The notes: generated by a model not told the origin, from the sequence alone. 64,000 nt of DNA from an uncultured Lachnospiraceae bacterium (GCA_947624815.1 CANQME010000002.1:4261-68260); one strand, 5' to 3'; numbered from the stretch's first letter, positions 1-10,139 are shown. Program-made: numbers and translations.

Positions 1-196
1 CCCCACGAGCCTCTTCGTCAATGTTTAGCGCTTATGTACTTAAAAAAGTACAATCTTAAGAAAAGATTAAGAGTTTTGTTACATTTGAAGCACGTCTGAC
101 GTACTATATGAAAGGCGGAAGCAGACATCTCTGCTCCCGCCGTCTTCTTTTGATTCTTGAATGCGTCTGTTTTCCATTTCTTCCGGGAAGGTTTCC

Positions 197-1483
197 TTAT
201 AACAGTTCATCAATACATACCGCTCCATACGGCCGTATGCTCATCCGGTATGCGCTGCCCTGTCCCAGCGCCCTGTCCATCATCTCCACGTACTCGTCCA
301 CGATATCGTTGGGCAGCATGGCCATGATAACGCCTGCGAAGCCGCCGCCGTGGACGCGGCAGGCGCCCTTCTGCTTTTCGGCGATGAACAGCTCCGTCAG
401 CGCCAGCGCCACGGTGATCCCCTGCTCCTGCACGTTGGAATCCGTGTAGCAGTTCTGCAGCCATTTCCAGGAAGAATTGCCGGAGGCGGTGATGTTCGCC
501 AGGAAGTCCCCGAAGCGGCCCTCCTTAAGAGCGGCCACCTCCGCGTCGACCCTCTTATTCTCCTCGAAGAAATGAAGCGCCCGGAGGACGGAACGGTCGC
601 CGGCATAGGCGCGTACCTCCGCAAGCCGCGCCAGCACATCCTCCTCCGCGATCTCCGCGCAGACCTCTTTGCCGAAGAATTCCGCCACCTTCTTCATCTC
701 GGACGGAACCGACGAATAATCCGCGCTCAGATCCGCATGGCCCCGTCCCGTGTTCACGATGATCAGACTGTGGTTCTGCGACGCAAAATCAAACTCGATC
801 TTCTCCACCTTCGGCGCCTGAGGCTCATAGAAATCGATAGTGATCAGTCCGCCTACCGCGCACGCCATCTGATCCAGAAGCCCCGACGCCTTGTTCCAGT
901 AATTGTTCTCCGAATACTTGCCGATATGGGCGTAAGCCACCGTACTCATGCGTCCTTCATTGAAAAATGTATTCAGCATGGAGCACAGAAGCATTTCAAA
1001 CGCCGCAGAGGAGCTGACACCGGCAGAGCTGATCACATTGCTGGTGATCACCGCGTCAAAGCCGCCAACCTCATAACCGGATTCCTGGAAGCCCTTCAGA
1101 AGCCCCTTCACCAGATCCTCCGTCCCCGCCATCGCCGGACTGGGCGCAAGATCGTTTAAGTCGATCGTAAATTCCTGGTCAAAGGTCTGGCTGACGATGC
1201 GAACCTTGTCCGTATGATTAACGGCCGCCGCGCCGACGCAGTCCAGATTAATGCTTCCGGCCAGTACCTTACCGTGGTTGTGATCCGTATGATTGCCGCT
1301 GATCTCCGTACGTCCGGGAGAGCTGAACAGCCGCACATCCTCCCCGCCGAACTGACCTGCGAAATCCCGGACCAGCTTCTGATAGCGGACCACGTTCTCC
1401 TCCGCCGCGTCCCCATACAGCTTCCCGAACAGTTCCTTCACCTGTCCCGATTCCAATAACGTCAATGCTTCGTCAATCTTCAT
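197..1483 (-). CDS. Galactokinase-family GHMP kinase
   Basis: SPGRTEISGNHTDHNHG N-terminal motif, AGVSSSAA ATP-binding loop, GLLDQ, RVHGGGFAG. Start moved to ATG 1483 after the AAAGGAGA RBS. Confidence 0.85.
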   Translation of the reverse strand: MKIDEALTLLESGQVKELFGKLYGDAAEENVVRYQKLVRDFAGQFGGEDVRLFSSPGRTEISGNHTDHNHGKVLAGSINLDCVGAAAVNHTDKVRIVSQTFDQEFTIDLNDLAPSPAMAGTEDLVKGLLKGFQESGYEVGGFDAVITSNVISSAGVSSSAAFEMLLCSMLNTFFNEGRMSTVAYAHIGKYSENNYWNKASGLLDQMACAVGGLITIDFYEPQAPKVEKIEFDFASQNHSLIIVNTGRGHADLSADYSSVPSEMKKVAEFFGKEVCAEIAEEDVLARLAEVRAYAGDRSVLRALHFFEENKRVDAEVAALKEGRFGDFLANITASGNSSWKWLQNCYTDSNVQEQGITVALALTELFIAEKQKGACRVHGGGFAGVIMAMLPNDIVDEYVEMMDRALGQGSAYRMSIRPYGAVCIDELL

Positions 1484-1578
1484 ACGTTCTCCTTTCCCGG
1501 GCCGTTCCACGGCCCCTGCCAGTATTTGAACTCCTTCATTCCCTGTCGTTCCGGCAAAACTGCCCTGTCGTTTTCTCT

Positions 1579-1607
1579 ATCATAACTCCCTGCGGCGGAT
1601 TTAGCAA
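1579..1607 (-). promoter_or_regulatory. sigma-A-type promoter for the galactokinase-like gene
   Basis: TTGCTA-17 bp-TATGAT on the minus strand. Confidence 0.55.
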
Positions 1608-1709
1608 ATAATTTCTCACGATAATTGCTCTCGGTTCTCTTAACATCCGCTCCGTCGTGACCGGAATAGATGAAAGAGCAGCATAAGACGAGACCCGCAA
1701 AGAACAGCA

Positions 1710-1837
1710 CACCGGCAAATAAAGATCACCGGCAAAAAGGTTCACTGGCAAAAGAAGGTTCTCCAGCCAAAAAAGCTTTCCGGCCAAAGGGCTCACCAGG
1801 CAAAGGGCTCACAGCCAAAAGAAGGCTCACCGAAAAG
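1710..1837. repeat. Degenerate 15-18 bp tandem repeat (~8 units, consensus CACCGGCAAAA(GA)AGGYT)
   Basis: Units read directly: caccggcaaataaagat, caccggcaaaaaggtt, cactggcaaaagaaggtt, ctccagccaaaaaagcttt, ccggccaaagggct, caccaggcaaagggct, cacagccaaaagaaggct. Confidence 0.7.
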
Positions 1838-1871
1838 ACGCCTTCCGGCGGAAATCCGCCGGAAAGCGTCC
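1833..1871 (-). terminator. Rho-independent terminator after degV
   Basis: gacgccttccggcgg-aaat-ccgccggaaagcgtc stem, followed by a T-tract on the minus strand. Confidence 0.7.
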
Positions 1872-1887
1872 CCATACTCCAGTCAAT

Positions 1888-2727
1888 CTATATGGCCAGG
1901 ATGATTCCTCCGTCGCTTGCATAGACCGTGGCCACACCAGCCGTCTCCGTGATCAGGACATCCTTAAAATCAACCAGCTTCAGAAGCTCCTTCTTCACGA
2001 ACTCCGCCCGCTCCCTGTTATTGCAGTGGGCGATCACCGGGATCCGTTCCTCCGGCTTCTCCGCGCGGCTGACCGCAGCGGCGCACATCTTCATCAGTGC
2101 CCGGTTGATGCCGCGGGCCTGATCCAGCTTAATGATTACGCCCTTCTCTGCGCTCATGACCGGCTTGATGTTCAGGGCCGTCGCGAAAACCGCCGCAAGC
2201 CCTGTCAGTCTCCCGTTTTTCTTCAGTGCGTCAAGACTCTCCAGCACGAAATAGGTCCGCATCTTATCCGCCTTAAACGCCTCGATCTTCTCCACGATCT
2301 CCTCAAAAGCCATGCCCGCTTCGCTGTACTCCTGAATCATCATGGCCAGCCGCATCTCCCCCGGAGACGCCGACCAGGAATCGATGACCGCGATGTTCTT
2401 CGGTCCGAACTCCTCCTCGTACATCCGCTTGCCCACCACGGCGCTGTTATAGCTGCCGCTCAGAGGGCTGGACAGCGTGATCACATACACGTTCTCCTCC
2501 GGACACATATACGCCTGCTTGAAGGTCTCCGGCGACGGGCACGCCGTCTTCGGACAGTTGGGACTTTCCCGCACCAGCTTCAGAAACGCCTGCTGATCGA
2601 ACGTCTCATCGTCCACCACGGAAACGTCGTCCACCTGAAGCGTCAGAGGAATGATCTGAAAATGCGGATCCTTCCTCATCTCCGCCGTAATATCCATACA
2701 GCTGTCGCCGATAATCTTATACCCCAT
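1888..2727 (-). CDS. DegV family fatty-acid-binding protein
   Basis: IIGDSCMD, PKTACPSP, LSSPLSGSYNSA, LKKNGRL, LNIKPV motifs. Start at ATG 2727 after GGAGG. Confidence 0.9.
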   Translation of the reverse strand: MGYKIIGDSCMDITAEMRKDPHFQIIPLTLQVDDVSVVDDETFDQQAFLKLVRESPNCPKTACPSPETFKQAYMCPEENVYVITLSSPLSGSYNSAVVGKRMYEEEFGPKNIAVIDSWSASPGEMRLAMMIQEYSEAGMAFEEIVEKIEAFKADKMRTYFVLESLDALKKNGRLTGLAAVFATALNIKPVMSAEKGVIIKLDQARGINRALMKMCAAAVSRAEKPEERIPVIAHCNNRERAEFVKKELLKLVDFKDVLITETAGVATVYASDGGIILAI

Positions 2728-2882
2728 ATCCCCCTCCGTGTTCAATCCAGTCAAATGTAGTATTCGTTACTACATCCAATTATAATGATTACCACGGAAA
2801 ATGTCAATGGTTTCCATGTCCGTATTCGCAGAAACCAACATGGACAGTTTTTCTGGGGAATTATGGCGGCCTCCGCGCGTGG

Positions 2883-2920
2883 CCTTCGTAAGCCGGTACA
2901 TATGCCCGGCTTACGGAAGG
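2883..2920 (-). terminator. Terminator-like hairpin after the surface protein gene
   Basis: ccttcgtaagccgg ... ccggcttacggaagg inverted repeat. Confidence 0.55.
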
Positions 2921-2964
2921 AAACTCGTTCGTGCTGTTTCCGGAAGGGCGCTCTTATGCTCGCC

Positions 2965-5900
2965 TTACTGAACTCTTGCGCCGTCGCTGCCTACGTAATA
3001 GTCGCCAATAGTCTTATTGGTCGCCATGGCACCGCGGGTTCCGTCGGACTGTTCGTTAAAGTAGTACCAGCGGCCGTCGATCTGCTGCCATCCGGTCATC
3101 ATCCTGCCCATGAATCCATTCGATACCGGGTTCAGATAATACCTCTGGCCGCCGACGTCAACCCATCCGGTCGCCATAGCCTGACGGCTGTTGATATAAT
3201 ACCAGGCCGAAATGCCGTTATAGTCCAGATAATACCATCCACTGGGCGCCAGAGAACCTTCCACGCCTTCGGAAGCCTTCAGGAAATAGTACCACTCGCC
3301 GTTGATCTGCTTCCAGCCGACGGCCATTGCACCCGAAGTGCCTTCTCCCGGCTGATTCAGATAGTATGTCCGTCCGTCCGTATCAATAAACCAGCCGGTC
3401 ACCATATAACCGTCTGCGCCGAAACGGTACCATTCCGTCACGCCGTGATAGGTCAGCTTCTGCCAGGAGTTGGTCGCGAAGGAACCGTCCGGCAGCGGAT
3501 GACGCCAGCCGTTCGCATCCTGAGTCCAGCTGTCGTCCGGCGGAACCGTGGGCTGCTGGATCTGCTGCTCCTGTACGTTATCGTTCTTCTGGGTGTTCGT
3601 GCTTTCCGGCTTCTTATCGCTGTCGGTACTGCCGGTACTGCCTTCAGGCTGACTGCCCTTCATCCGGAAGTTCTGAGCCGTTCTCTTCAAGTCATTGACC
3701 CTGTCCGTACCGCTTCCCTGATTCTGGCTGCCATTACTGACGGACGTCTTGGTACGGAACTCGGCCGCGATCGTGTTGATCGTATCTGTCTTCGCACGCG
3801 TCCGGAAGGTCTGGCTCTTCACCGTGATTCTCGTGCTGCCGCTCTCCTTCGTATAATCTGTGCCGTCGATCAGCCGTTCACCGTTCAGCCAGACGTCTAC
3901 GAATTCCTCGATCACACCGGAGGATACGAAGGTCTGGTCGATGTAATCGGACAGAAGGAAATCATAATTGCCCAGATCGGTACCGATGTGCTCCTCCAGT
4001 ATATATCCTTCATCCGAAGATGTATATACGTTTGCATTGGTATTGCTCTTCACGGTCAGAACCAGATCCTTCCTCGCGGGAGCGAACTTCGCTACGCTGA
4101 ATCCGTCGCCGGCAGGATTCGTCCGTTCGAAGTTGGCCACGATCGTCACCGGGAACGTTCCCTCTTCTCTGGGAACTCCGTAAATCTCGCCGGAATTTTC
4201 ATACAACGTAACTCCCGCCGGAAGCCTGCCCTCCTCGAGCTCAAAGGTAACCTTATTCCAGTCGTACATATTATCGGTCGCGATAATATATGAATACGGA
4301 ACATATTTAACTGCGTCGACCAGCTGATCTGTCACGATAACCGGGTTACCCGCATATCCGGTCAGCTTGATCACCACCTCTTTGTTAGCGTTAGCACTAG
4401 ATATCGTCAGTGTACCTGAGATTTCTCCTCCCTTGCTGTTCGGGTCCGGAAGGAGACGGATCTTCGCCAGGTTAAAGTTGTCTCCTGTCGAATTCATATA
4501 ACTAGAAGCTCTCAACGTATTCGCCGTCTCGTTGATTGTCCAGTAATCATCTAGGACAACATTCTGAGCATCCTCACTCAGTTCAACCTTCAGGTCTGTA
4601 ATATCTTCATCACCAATATTGGCGATCAGGATGTCGTGACGATTTTCGAAGTATTCCGTAAGGAACAACTCCCTTACAGGCTCTTCGCCATTGTCAGGGT
4701 GCTGATCCGGATAATTAACGAACAGTTCCGGTCCATTTGTCGATTGTTCTTTTACTGTCACATAATAACTCTTCCTGTTACCATCATCAGGGAAAAACGC
4801 TGTTATCAGTACCGGGCCGTTTGAAAAATCCAGCTCGGTCTCTCTCGATATCAGTTCTTTATCGCCTATCTGTATCTTTACATTGTCGGCTTTGCCAAAT
4901 ATCAGCTTTACCTTTTTAAGATCAAACTCATCCTGACCATAGCTGGAACTGCTTTTCTGCACGATTACTGTCTGATAGCCGTAGCCGTACAACGTATCAA
5001 TGGTTTGATCCGGATCATTCTCCACATGATAAGATGAACGTCCTACCACTCCGTCGACATGAAACCATGGATCCTGTCGGTTCATAACCGGGTCACTGCT
5101 GTACGGCACATTCGATCCACTAGAACTGGTATCAGGATAAACATATAAATAATAATATTTTATGGACCCATCTTTATATACAACCGTGAATCGCTTACTT
5201 CTTTCATCACTTAAATCTATTTTATAACCATATGGAACCTTGCTTCTGTCAGAAGGCAACACAAGTGCAGTGATATCTGTCGCTTTTTCAACCTGTTCAA
5301 GAGTTCTAAAAGAGCCTTCCACGACTTTACTGATATTGGCCGCCTCAGATTCATCCATCACATAATAATATTCTGCACTCGAATAGCCGGATTTCAAGTA
5401 ATAATACGCATGAAATGGAACGGTAGAATCTCTATAATCAATCTCCATACCGTTCGGCTTCTTCGTAAGGTCAAGGCTACGCCCAGTATTACTATTTCCT
5501 CCGGACGCATCTGCTCTTCTCACAATATCTACCATGCTACCGTCTTCCAAATTATAAACAGACCCCTTCGGAAGACTCGTCTCCCCGGAAAGAACAGTAA
5601 ATATAATTCCTTCATATCCTATTACTGCATCAGAATTCATATCCCGGTAAACGATGCAGAAGAAGTTATTCGCCGCAAGCGCATCCTTCTCATCAACAGG
5701 CGCAAACTGATCAGTTAATCCTGCAGTACTACTACTGGAATAAGTACCGAGCATATCAATCTTTTTCGTAATGTCCAGTCCCTGCTGTGGATCATTCAGA
5801 TAATCCACAAAATCAGACATGTGATAAGCTTCCGCGATGATTCGATTACTGGTAGACATATAATGTCTGACATACAGCCTGTACTGCTTTTCCACACTGT

Positions 5901-6696
5901 AATCGTCGCTGGAAATATAATAACTTACCTCTGTCACCGGCACGTTTGCTCCCACAGTGACCGTTGACGCCTTCTCTGTCACGCTAGTATAATCAATGCT
6001 CCTCCCATTCTCACCATACAGGTGATAATCTAGCGCCGCATAGAAATCATTGCCTAAGTATACGTCCACTGTATAACGAACCGCTTCATAATCAAGCTGT
6101 TCACCGGTACCAATCAAGATTTCAAGCGTATAATACGAATCTCGGTATGCAACAGACAGATCGATCGTATCGTCCAGACCGTATTCCACATAATCATCAG
6201 ACAGATGATAATAGTAATCTCGATCTCCTTCCGGACTCGCGTTTGAATACATATTTATCAGGATCTTTTTTCCTGTCACATCAGGAGCCTCCATAGGCTT
6301 CCAGGTGGTATCATACAGATTCTCAAGAATCGTCCGTATCGGAACCTTCGTAAGCTCCTCATCCGTAAGATCCCTCAGCATCAAATACCCAGTGTAACTA
6401 TGCTTCGGAGGCAACAGTGACATCGGCATCGGCTCGTCTTCATCCGCATTGGCATCAGAAGCCACAGGCACCTCGGATTTCTCCGTCGTTGCCCCCCCGT
6501 CCGGCTCGTCTTCGTCCGTTTCGTCCGTTTCCGTCTCTGCCTTATCCGTCTGACTCTCCGTCGGCACTTCGAGAATCTTCTCGCCGGCTGTTTCGGATAC
6601 CTTCTCCGCTCTGGCCGTCATGCCCGGATTCATGCAGGAAACCAGCACCATCGCCATCACCAGCAGAAGTGACAGCCTTCTTCTTGCACTCCTCAT
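2965..6696 (-). CDS. Large secreted cell-wall-bound protein (signal peptide, acidic linker, beta-rich domains, putative Ig/He_PIG-like domain, C-terminal choline-binding-type wall repeats)
   Basis: N-terminus MRSARRRLSLLLVMAMVLVS...TARA; GRLPAGVTL..SGEIYGVP..EGTF Ig-like motif; repeated WYYF/YYLN..G.M.TGW units. Start at ATG 6696 after AAGGAGG. Confidence 0.85.
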   Translation of the reverse strand: MRSARRRLSLLLVMAMVLVSCMNPGMTARAEKVSETAGEKILEVPTESQTDKAETETDETDEDEPDGGATTEKSEVPVASDANADEDEPMPMSLLPPKHSYTGYLMLRDLTDEELTKVPIRTILENLYDTTWKPMEAPDVTGKKILINMYSNASPEGDRDYYYHLSDDYVEYGLDDTIDLSVAYRDSYYTLEILIGTGEQLDYEAVRYTVDVYLGNDFYAALDYHLYGENGRSIDYTSVTEKASTVTVGANVPVTEVSYYISSDDYSVEKQYRLYVRHYMSTSNRIIAEAYHMSDFVDYLNDPQQGLDITKKIDMLGTYSSSSTAGLTDQFAPVDEKDALAANNFFCIVYRDMNSDAVIGYEGIIFTVLSGETSLPKGSVYNLEDGSMVDIVRRADASGGNSNTGRSLDLTKKPNGMEIDYRDSTVPFHAYYYLKSGYSSAEYYYVMDESEAANISKVVEGSFRTLEQVEKATDITALVLPSDRSKVPYGYKIDLSDERSKRFTVVYKDGSIKYYYLYVYPDTSSSGSNVPYSSDPVMNRQDPWFHVDGVVGRSSYHVENDPDQTIDTLYGYGYQTVIVQKSSSSYGQDEFDLKKVKLIFGKADNVKIQIGDKELISRETELDFSNGPVLITAFFPDDGNRKSYYVTVKEQSTNGPELFVNYPDQHPDNGEEPVRELFLTEYFENRHDILIANIGDEDITDLKVELSEDAQNVVLDDYWTINETANTLRASSYMNSTGDNFNLAKIRLLPDPNSKGGEISGTLTISSANANKEVVIKLTGYAGNPVIVTDQLVDAVKYVPYSYIIATDNMYDWNKVTFELEEGRLPAGVTLYENSGEIYGVPREEGTFPVTIVANFERTNPAGDGFSVAKFAPARKDLVLTVKSNTNANVYTSSDEGYILEEHIGTDLGNYDFLLSDYIDQTFVSSGVIEEFVDVWLNGERLIDGTDYTKESGSTRITVKSQTFRTRAKTDTINTIAAEFRTKTSVSNGSQNQGSGTDRVNDLKRTAQNFRMKGSQPEGSTGSTDSDKKPESTNTQKNDNVQEQQIQQPTVPPDDSWTQDANGWRHPLPDGSFATNSWQKLTYHGVTEWYRFGADGYMVTGWFIDTDGRTYYLNQPGEGTSGAMAVGWKQINGEWYYFLKASEGVEGSLAPSGWYYLDYNGISAWYYINSRQAMATGWVDVGGQRYYLNPVSNGFMGRMMTGWQQIDGRWYYFNEQSDGTRGAMATNKTIGDYYVGSDGARVQ

Positions 6697-6774
6697 CGTA
6701 TTATCCTCCTTCATCGCTTAGGGCGATATCCCACCCGAACTTATTATATATCCAATCTTCCGATCAGGCAAGTA

Positions 6775-9700
6775 CTATTTGGCAAGAGATTCCAACTGCG
6801 CTTCCGGCTGAGAAAAATCCCCGGTCATCCGGATCAGCTCCTCAATTCCGTAAATCTGCGTTTTCCGGATATTCCCCGTCGGATAGTCAAAGTAAAGCTC
6901 GTCTCCCACGATGTCGCACAGATACGGCAGATCGGCCAGGACTTCGCACTGTCCGTTCAGCAGCTGTCCGAAATAATAGCTGTCCGCCGTCGTATACTGG
7001 GCGACGATGTAGTCTCCCACCTGCGTCACATAGGTCAGATAAGCGTCCTCCTCCAGATCCCGGATCTTCCTGCCCGTTTTCGCGTCATACGCGGCGGGTG
7101 TGCCGTGCAGCGGCGATTCGATCCTCAGAGAATCCGTATAGAATTCCTCGTGCATTTGCGGATCGGGCGCGTCGCCGGTCCGTTCCTCCATAAGGGAACC
7201 GTCTGCGGCGCTGTAGGTCCGGACCGTTCCGTCGTTATAGATGACCTCCAGATAGGAGGAGCCGTCCTCATCCCGCCGGTACTGCTGGTCGTACACCTGC
7301 TCCATATCGGGAATATCCGTCTGCGCGATCAGCTCTCCGTCCATCCCATACAGACGGAACTGATCGAACGCGAACAGCATGACCGTGCTGAGGTCGGCGC
7401 TGAACCTGGCCTCATCGTGCATATAGGAGGAATCGTACGCGAATACCTGGGCTTCCGGATAGTCAATGTATTTCATCAGCCGCACGACCGGCGAGTCCAT
7501 GCTTCCGACCATGGCCGTTCCTTCCGCGATCTGGACGAAGTCGCCGCCGTATTCCTTGTCATGGCTCGACATCAGGTTCGCGAAGCTGTCGTAGAACATG
7601 AACTTCTCCTCGGACGTGATCAGGGTATGCCCGCCGCTCCTGGCGAAGCGGAGGATATCTTCCGGCGTCGTTACAAGCGGCTCCTGCTCTCCGGTCACGG
7701 GATGGATCCGGACCAGGAGATTTTCCGTCTGGACGTAGATCCCGCTCTCATCCGTCTGAACACTGAACGGGTGGACCGAATCGAACCCGCCCGTCTGCTC
7801 CTTCCGGACCGTATCAATGACCGAGAAGACCGATTCGGAGGGATTGCTTGCCGAGAACGCCAGGTACTCCTGATAGAAGCCTCCCTCAAAATGGATGTAG
7901 CCGGAATCCTCCTCATACAGAATGATGTCCCCCTCCGGATCCTTCAGATCATAAATCTGCAGAGAACCGTCCGAGAAGCTGACGCACAGCATGGAGCCGT
8001 CGCCGTTCAGCGCGAACAGGTTGTCATTCGGATTGGCGAACACATCATTGACCGTCACCTTCTGATGCCTTCCGCCGAAGTCAACCGTATGAAGGACGCT
8101 TCCGGTCTCCACATCATAGACCACCGCGGATTCCTCGTCCCGGTAAACCGCCGCCGCGCTTTTTCCGTCCTCCGACAGAGCGATCGCCGTGGCGGGACGC
8201 CCCGTCCACAGGATCCTGCCGGCACGGATATCATAGGCCGTGATCCCTTCCGCTCCCGCGAGCAGGAACCGGTCGTTGTCTATGTACTCCGCCTCCGCAA
8301 GCGCGGACTCCACGACCGGCAGCGTATCCATGATCCGGCCGGTATCGGTATCCACGACCGCCGCCTCATATGCGTAAATACACACCGCCGTCTTCCCGTC
8401 CGGAGCGATCGACAGATACAGGGGCGCCGACGGCAGATTCACGACTCCGTTCGTCTTATAACCGTCATAAAGGTCGTACACGCCCAGCGCATCCGCCAGA
8501 GCGCTCTGCGCCTGCGCGGTATACGGCGGCTGCAGAATGCTTCCGGTCCGTTCCGGCAGCGCCTGCAGCGCGTAATCGACGGCTGCGTCGGAATCACCCG
8601 CGGCCAGAGCGTTGCGGGAATACTCCGCCAGCTTAAGCCAGCTCTCCTCCGTCTGCATCCTCTTAAGCCCCACGAACGCCGAAGCCGCGCCGGCCGCGAA
8701 CAGAACCGCAAATACCGATCCCGCGATCCGCTGGCCCAGCTTCATCCGCTTCACCCGCGGATCATTTTCCCTCAGATGGGTGAAATCAAACAGCATCTCC
8801 TCCGCCGTCTGATACCGCAGATCCGGGTTGGGATTCATGGCCTTCATAATGATCCCTACGACCTGCGGACTGAATTCCTTCGGCGAAAGCGGCACGACCT
8901 CCCGGGCGTCCCTGGCCGGACGGTGTCCGCTGAGAAGATGATAGAGCGTAGCGCCCAGACTGTAGATGTCCGACCTGACGTCCGGGACCACGATCCTCTT
9001 GCTGGGAACGGAAGAGGCGGTGCCAATCCCTGTAGGCCGGGTCCCCTGCGAATGGTACGCCTTCGCGGCCTCCGGTTCCAGGACGCGGGTCATCGTCTCC
9101 CCCCGCTCGTCCGCTTCCCGGTCCAGCGAAACCGTGACCGCGGTTCCGTCGTCAACCGGCAGAACCTCGGTTTTTCCGCCGTCCTCCGGCGCCGGTTCCG
9201 CCGGGGCCTTCCAGCCGGTCGTCACGGTCCGGTAGGTAAACGGCGTATCGATGTCCGTAGAGAAATCCAGACCATAATGCTCCGGCGACGCGTAGCCGGC
9301 GCTGCACCCGATGATATTCTCCTCCCCCAGCGCAAGCGCGATGTTAAAGTCGATCAGGCACACGCTGTTGTCCGGCTGCCGCATCATATTAGCCGGCTTG
9401 ATATCGCTGTGTACAAAGCCTCTCGGCGGATCGCCGTGATTCGGGGTATGCAGATAGCGCAGCGCGTCCAGAAGCTGGACCGCCCACTGGATGACCTGCG
9501 CCTGGGAGAATTTTTCTCCGCGCTTCAGCGGTTTGTCCAGGCTCTCCCCCTCCACATAATCCATAACCGTATAAACGGTATCATTTTCCACAAAGAAATC
9601 ATAGACCGCCGGTATATGCGGATGCTTCAGGTTCTTCAGAACGTCCACTTCCCGCCGAAGCAGCTCGATGCGGGTGGTGACCCTCCGTTTGTCCGCCTTC

Positions 9701-9810
9701 AGCACCACCTTCTTGTCCAGACGCATATGTCTGGCCAGATAGACGTTGCCGCCTCCGCCGGCGCCGATCTTCTCAATGATCTCATACGTTGACGCAATGA
9801 TCTGCGACAT
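6775..9810 (-). CDS. Hanks-type Ser/Thr protein kinase with one TM helix and a large extracellular beta-propeller-like region
   Basis: IGAGGGGNVY, VVLK, HSDIKPAN, LIDFN, GYASPE, SDIYSLGATLY; TM helix IAGSVFAVLFAAGAASAFVGL; WD40/PQQ-like repeats (SIAPDGK, LSEDGK, LNGDGS, YDVETG). Confidence 0.9.
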   Translation of the reverse strand: MSQIIASTYEIIEKIGAGGGGNVYLARHMRLDKKVVLKADKRRVTTRIELLRREVDVLKNLKHPHIPAVYDFFVENDTVYTVMDYVEGESLDKPLKRGEKFSQAQVIQWAVQLLDALRYLHTPNHGDPPRGFVHSDIKPANMMRQPDNSVCLIDFNIALALGEENIIGCSAGYASPEHYGLDFSTDIDTPFTYRTVTTGWKAPAEPAPEDGGKTEVLPVDDGTAVTVSLDREADERGETMTRVLEPEAAKAYHSQGTRPTGIGTASSVPSKRIVVPDVRSDIYSLGATLYHLLSGHRPARDAREVVPLSPKEFSPQVVGIIMKAMNPNPDLRYQTAEEMLFDFTHLRENDPRVKRMKLGQRIAGSVFAVLFAAGAASAFVGLKRMQTEESWLKLAEYSRNALAAGDSDAAVDYALQALPERTGSILQPPYTAQAQSALADALGVYDLYDGYKTNGVVNLPSAPLYLSIAPDGKTAVCIYAYEAAVVDTDTGRIMDTLPVVESALAEAEYIDNDRFLLAGAEGITAYDIRAGRILWTGRPATAIALSEDGKSAAAVYRDEESAVVYDVETGSVLHTVDFGGRHQKVTVNDVFANPNDNLFALNGDGSMLCVSFSDGSLQIYDLKDPEGDIILYEEDSGYIHFEGGFYQEYLAFSASNPSESVFSVIDTVRKEQTGGFDSVHPFSVQTDESGIYVQTENLLVRIHPVTGEQEPLVTTPEDILRFARSGGHTLITSEEKFMFYDSFANLMSSHDKEYGGDFVQIAEGTAMVGSMDSPVVRLMKYIDYPEAQVFAYDSSYMHDEARFSADLSTVMLFAFDQFRLYGMDGELIAQTDIPDMEQVYDQQYRRDEDGSSYLEVIYNDGTVRTYSAADGSLMEERTGDAPDPQMHEEFYTDSLRIESPLHGTPAAYDAKTGRKIRDLEEDAYLTYVTQVGDYIVAQYTTADSYYFGQLLNGQCEVLADLPYLCDIVGDELYFDYPTGNIRKTQIYGIEELIRMTGDFSQPEAQLESLAK

Positions 9811-9827
9811 GGTATTCCTCCCCCTGA

Positions 9828-10007
9828 CTAATGCTTTTTCTTCCTGTCTTTCCGCTTCTTTTTCACTTCCGGACCGTATTCGGCATCCAAAGCGGCGTTC
9901 AGACGGGCTTTGGCGATCTGAGTAATGCAGAAATACAGAAATGCCAGAAGGGCGGAAACTCCGGCGACGATCATGCCGCCGTAAAACAGTATTTCATTCG
10001 TTATCAT
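9828..10007 (-). CDS. Small single-pass membrane protein (59 aa, basic tail); first gene of the kinase operon
   Basis: TAAGGAGG RBS; hydrophobic segment ILFYGGMIVAGVSALLAFLYFCI; stop 17 bp before the kinase ATG. Confidence 0.75.
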   Translation of the reverse strand: MITNEILFYGGMIVAGVSALLAFLYFCITQIAKARLNAALDAEYGPEVKKKRKDRKKKH

Positions 10008-10103
10008 ACTCTGCTGCCTCCTTATCGCAGATCTCTGACCGGATCCCTCCTGCTGCCCTGCCGGCCGCATTCCGCCGGGAGATCTTCATTTCTAAACTGT
10101 TTC

Positions 10104-10132
10104 ATTATACACCCGGCTTTCATGTAAGACAA
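10104..10132 (-). promoter_or_regulatory. sigma-A promoter for the TM-kinase-surface protein operon
   Basis: TTGTCT-17 bp-TATAAT. Confidence 0.65.
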
Positions 10133-10139
10133 GAAACTC

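Noticed and set aside
1-110. AT-rich stretch with TGTACT-N6-AGTACA palindrome and a minus-strand TTGACG
   Set aside because: Probably the promoter region of a gene outside the window; cannot be assigned.
1585-1660. Possible structured RNA upstream of the galactokinase-like gene (GCGGAT/ATCCGC, AGCAA/TTGCT stems)
   Set aside because: It overlaps and lies upstream of a good -35/-10 promoter and matches no riboswitch consensus I recognise.
1710-1837. CRISPR array interpretation of this repeat and of 31395-31449
   Set aside because: Units are short, degenerate and contiguous, with no unique spacers and no cas genes.
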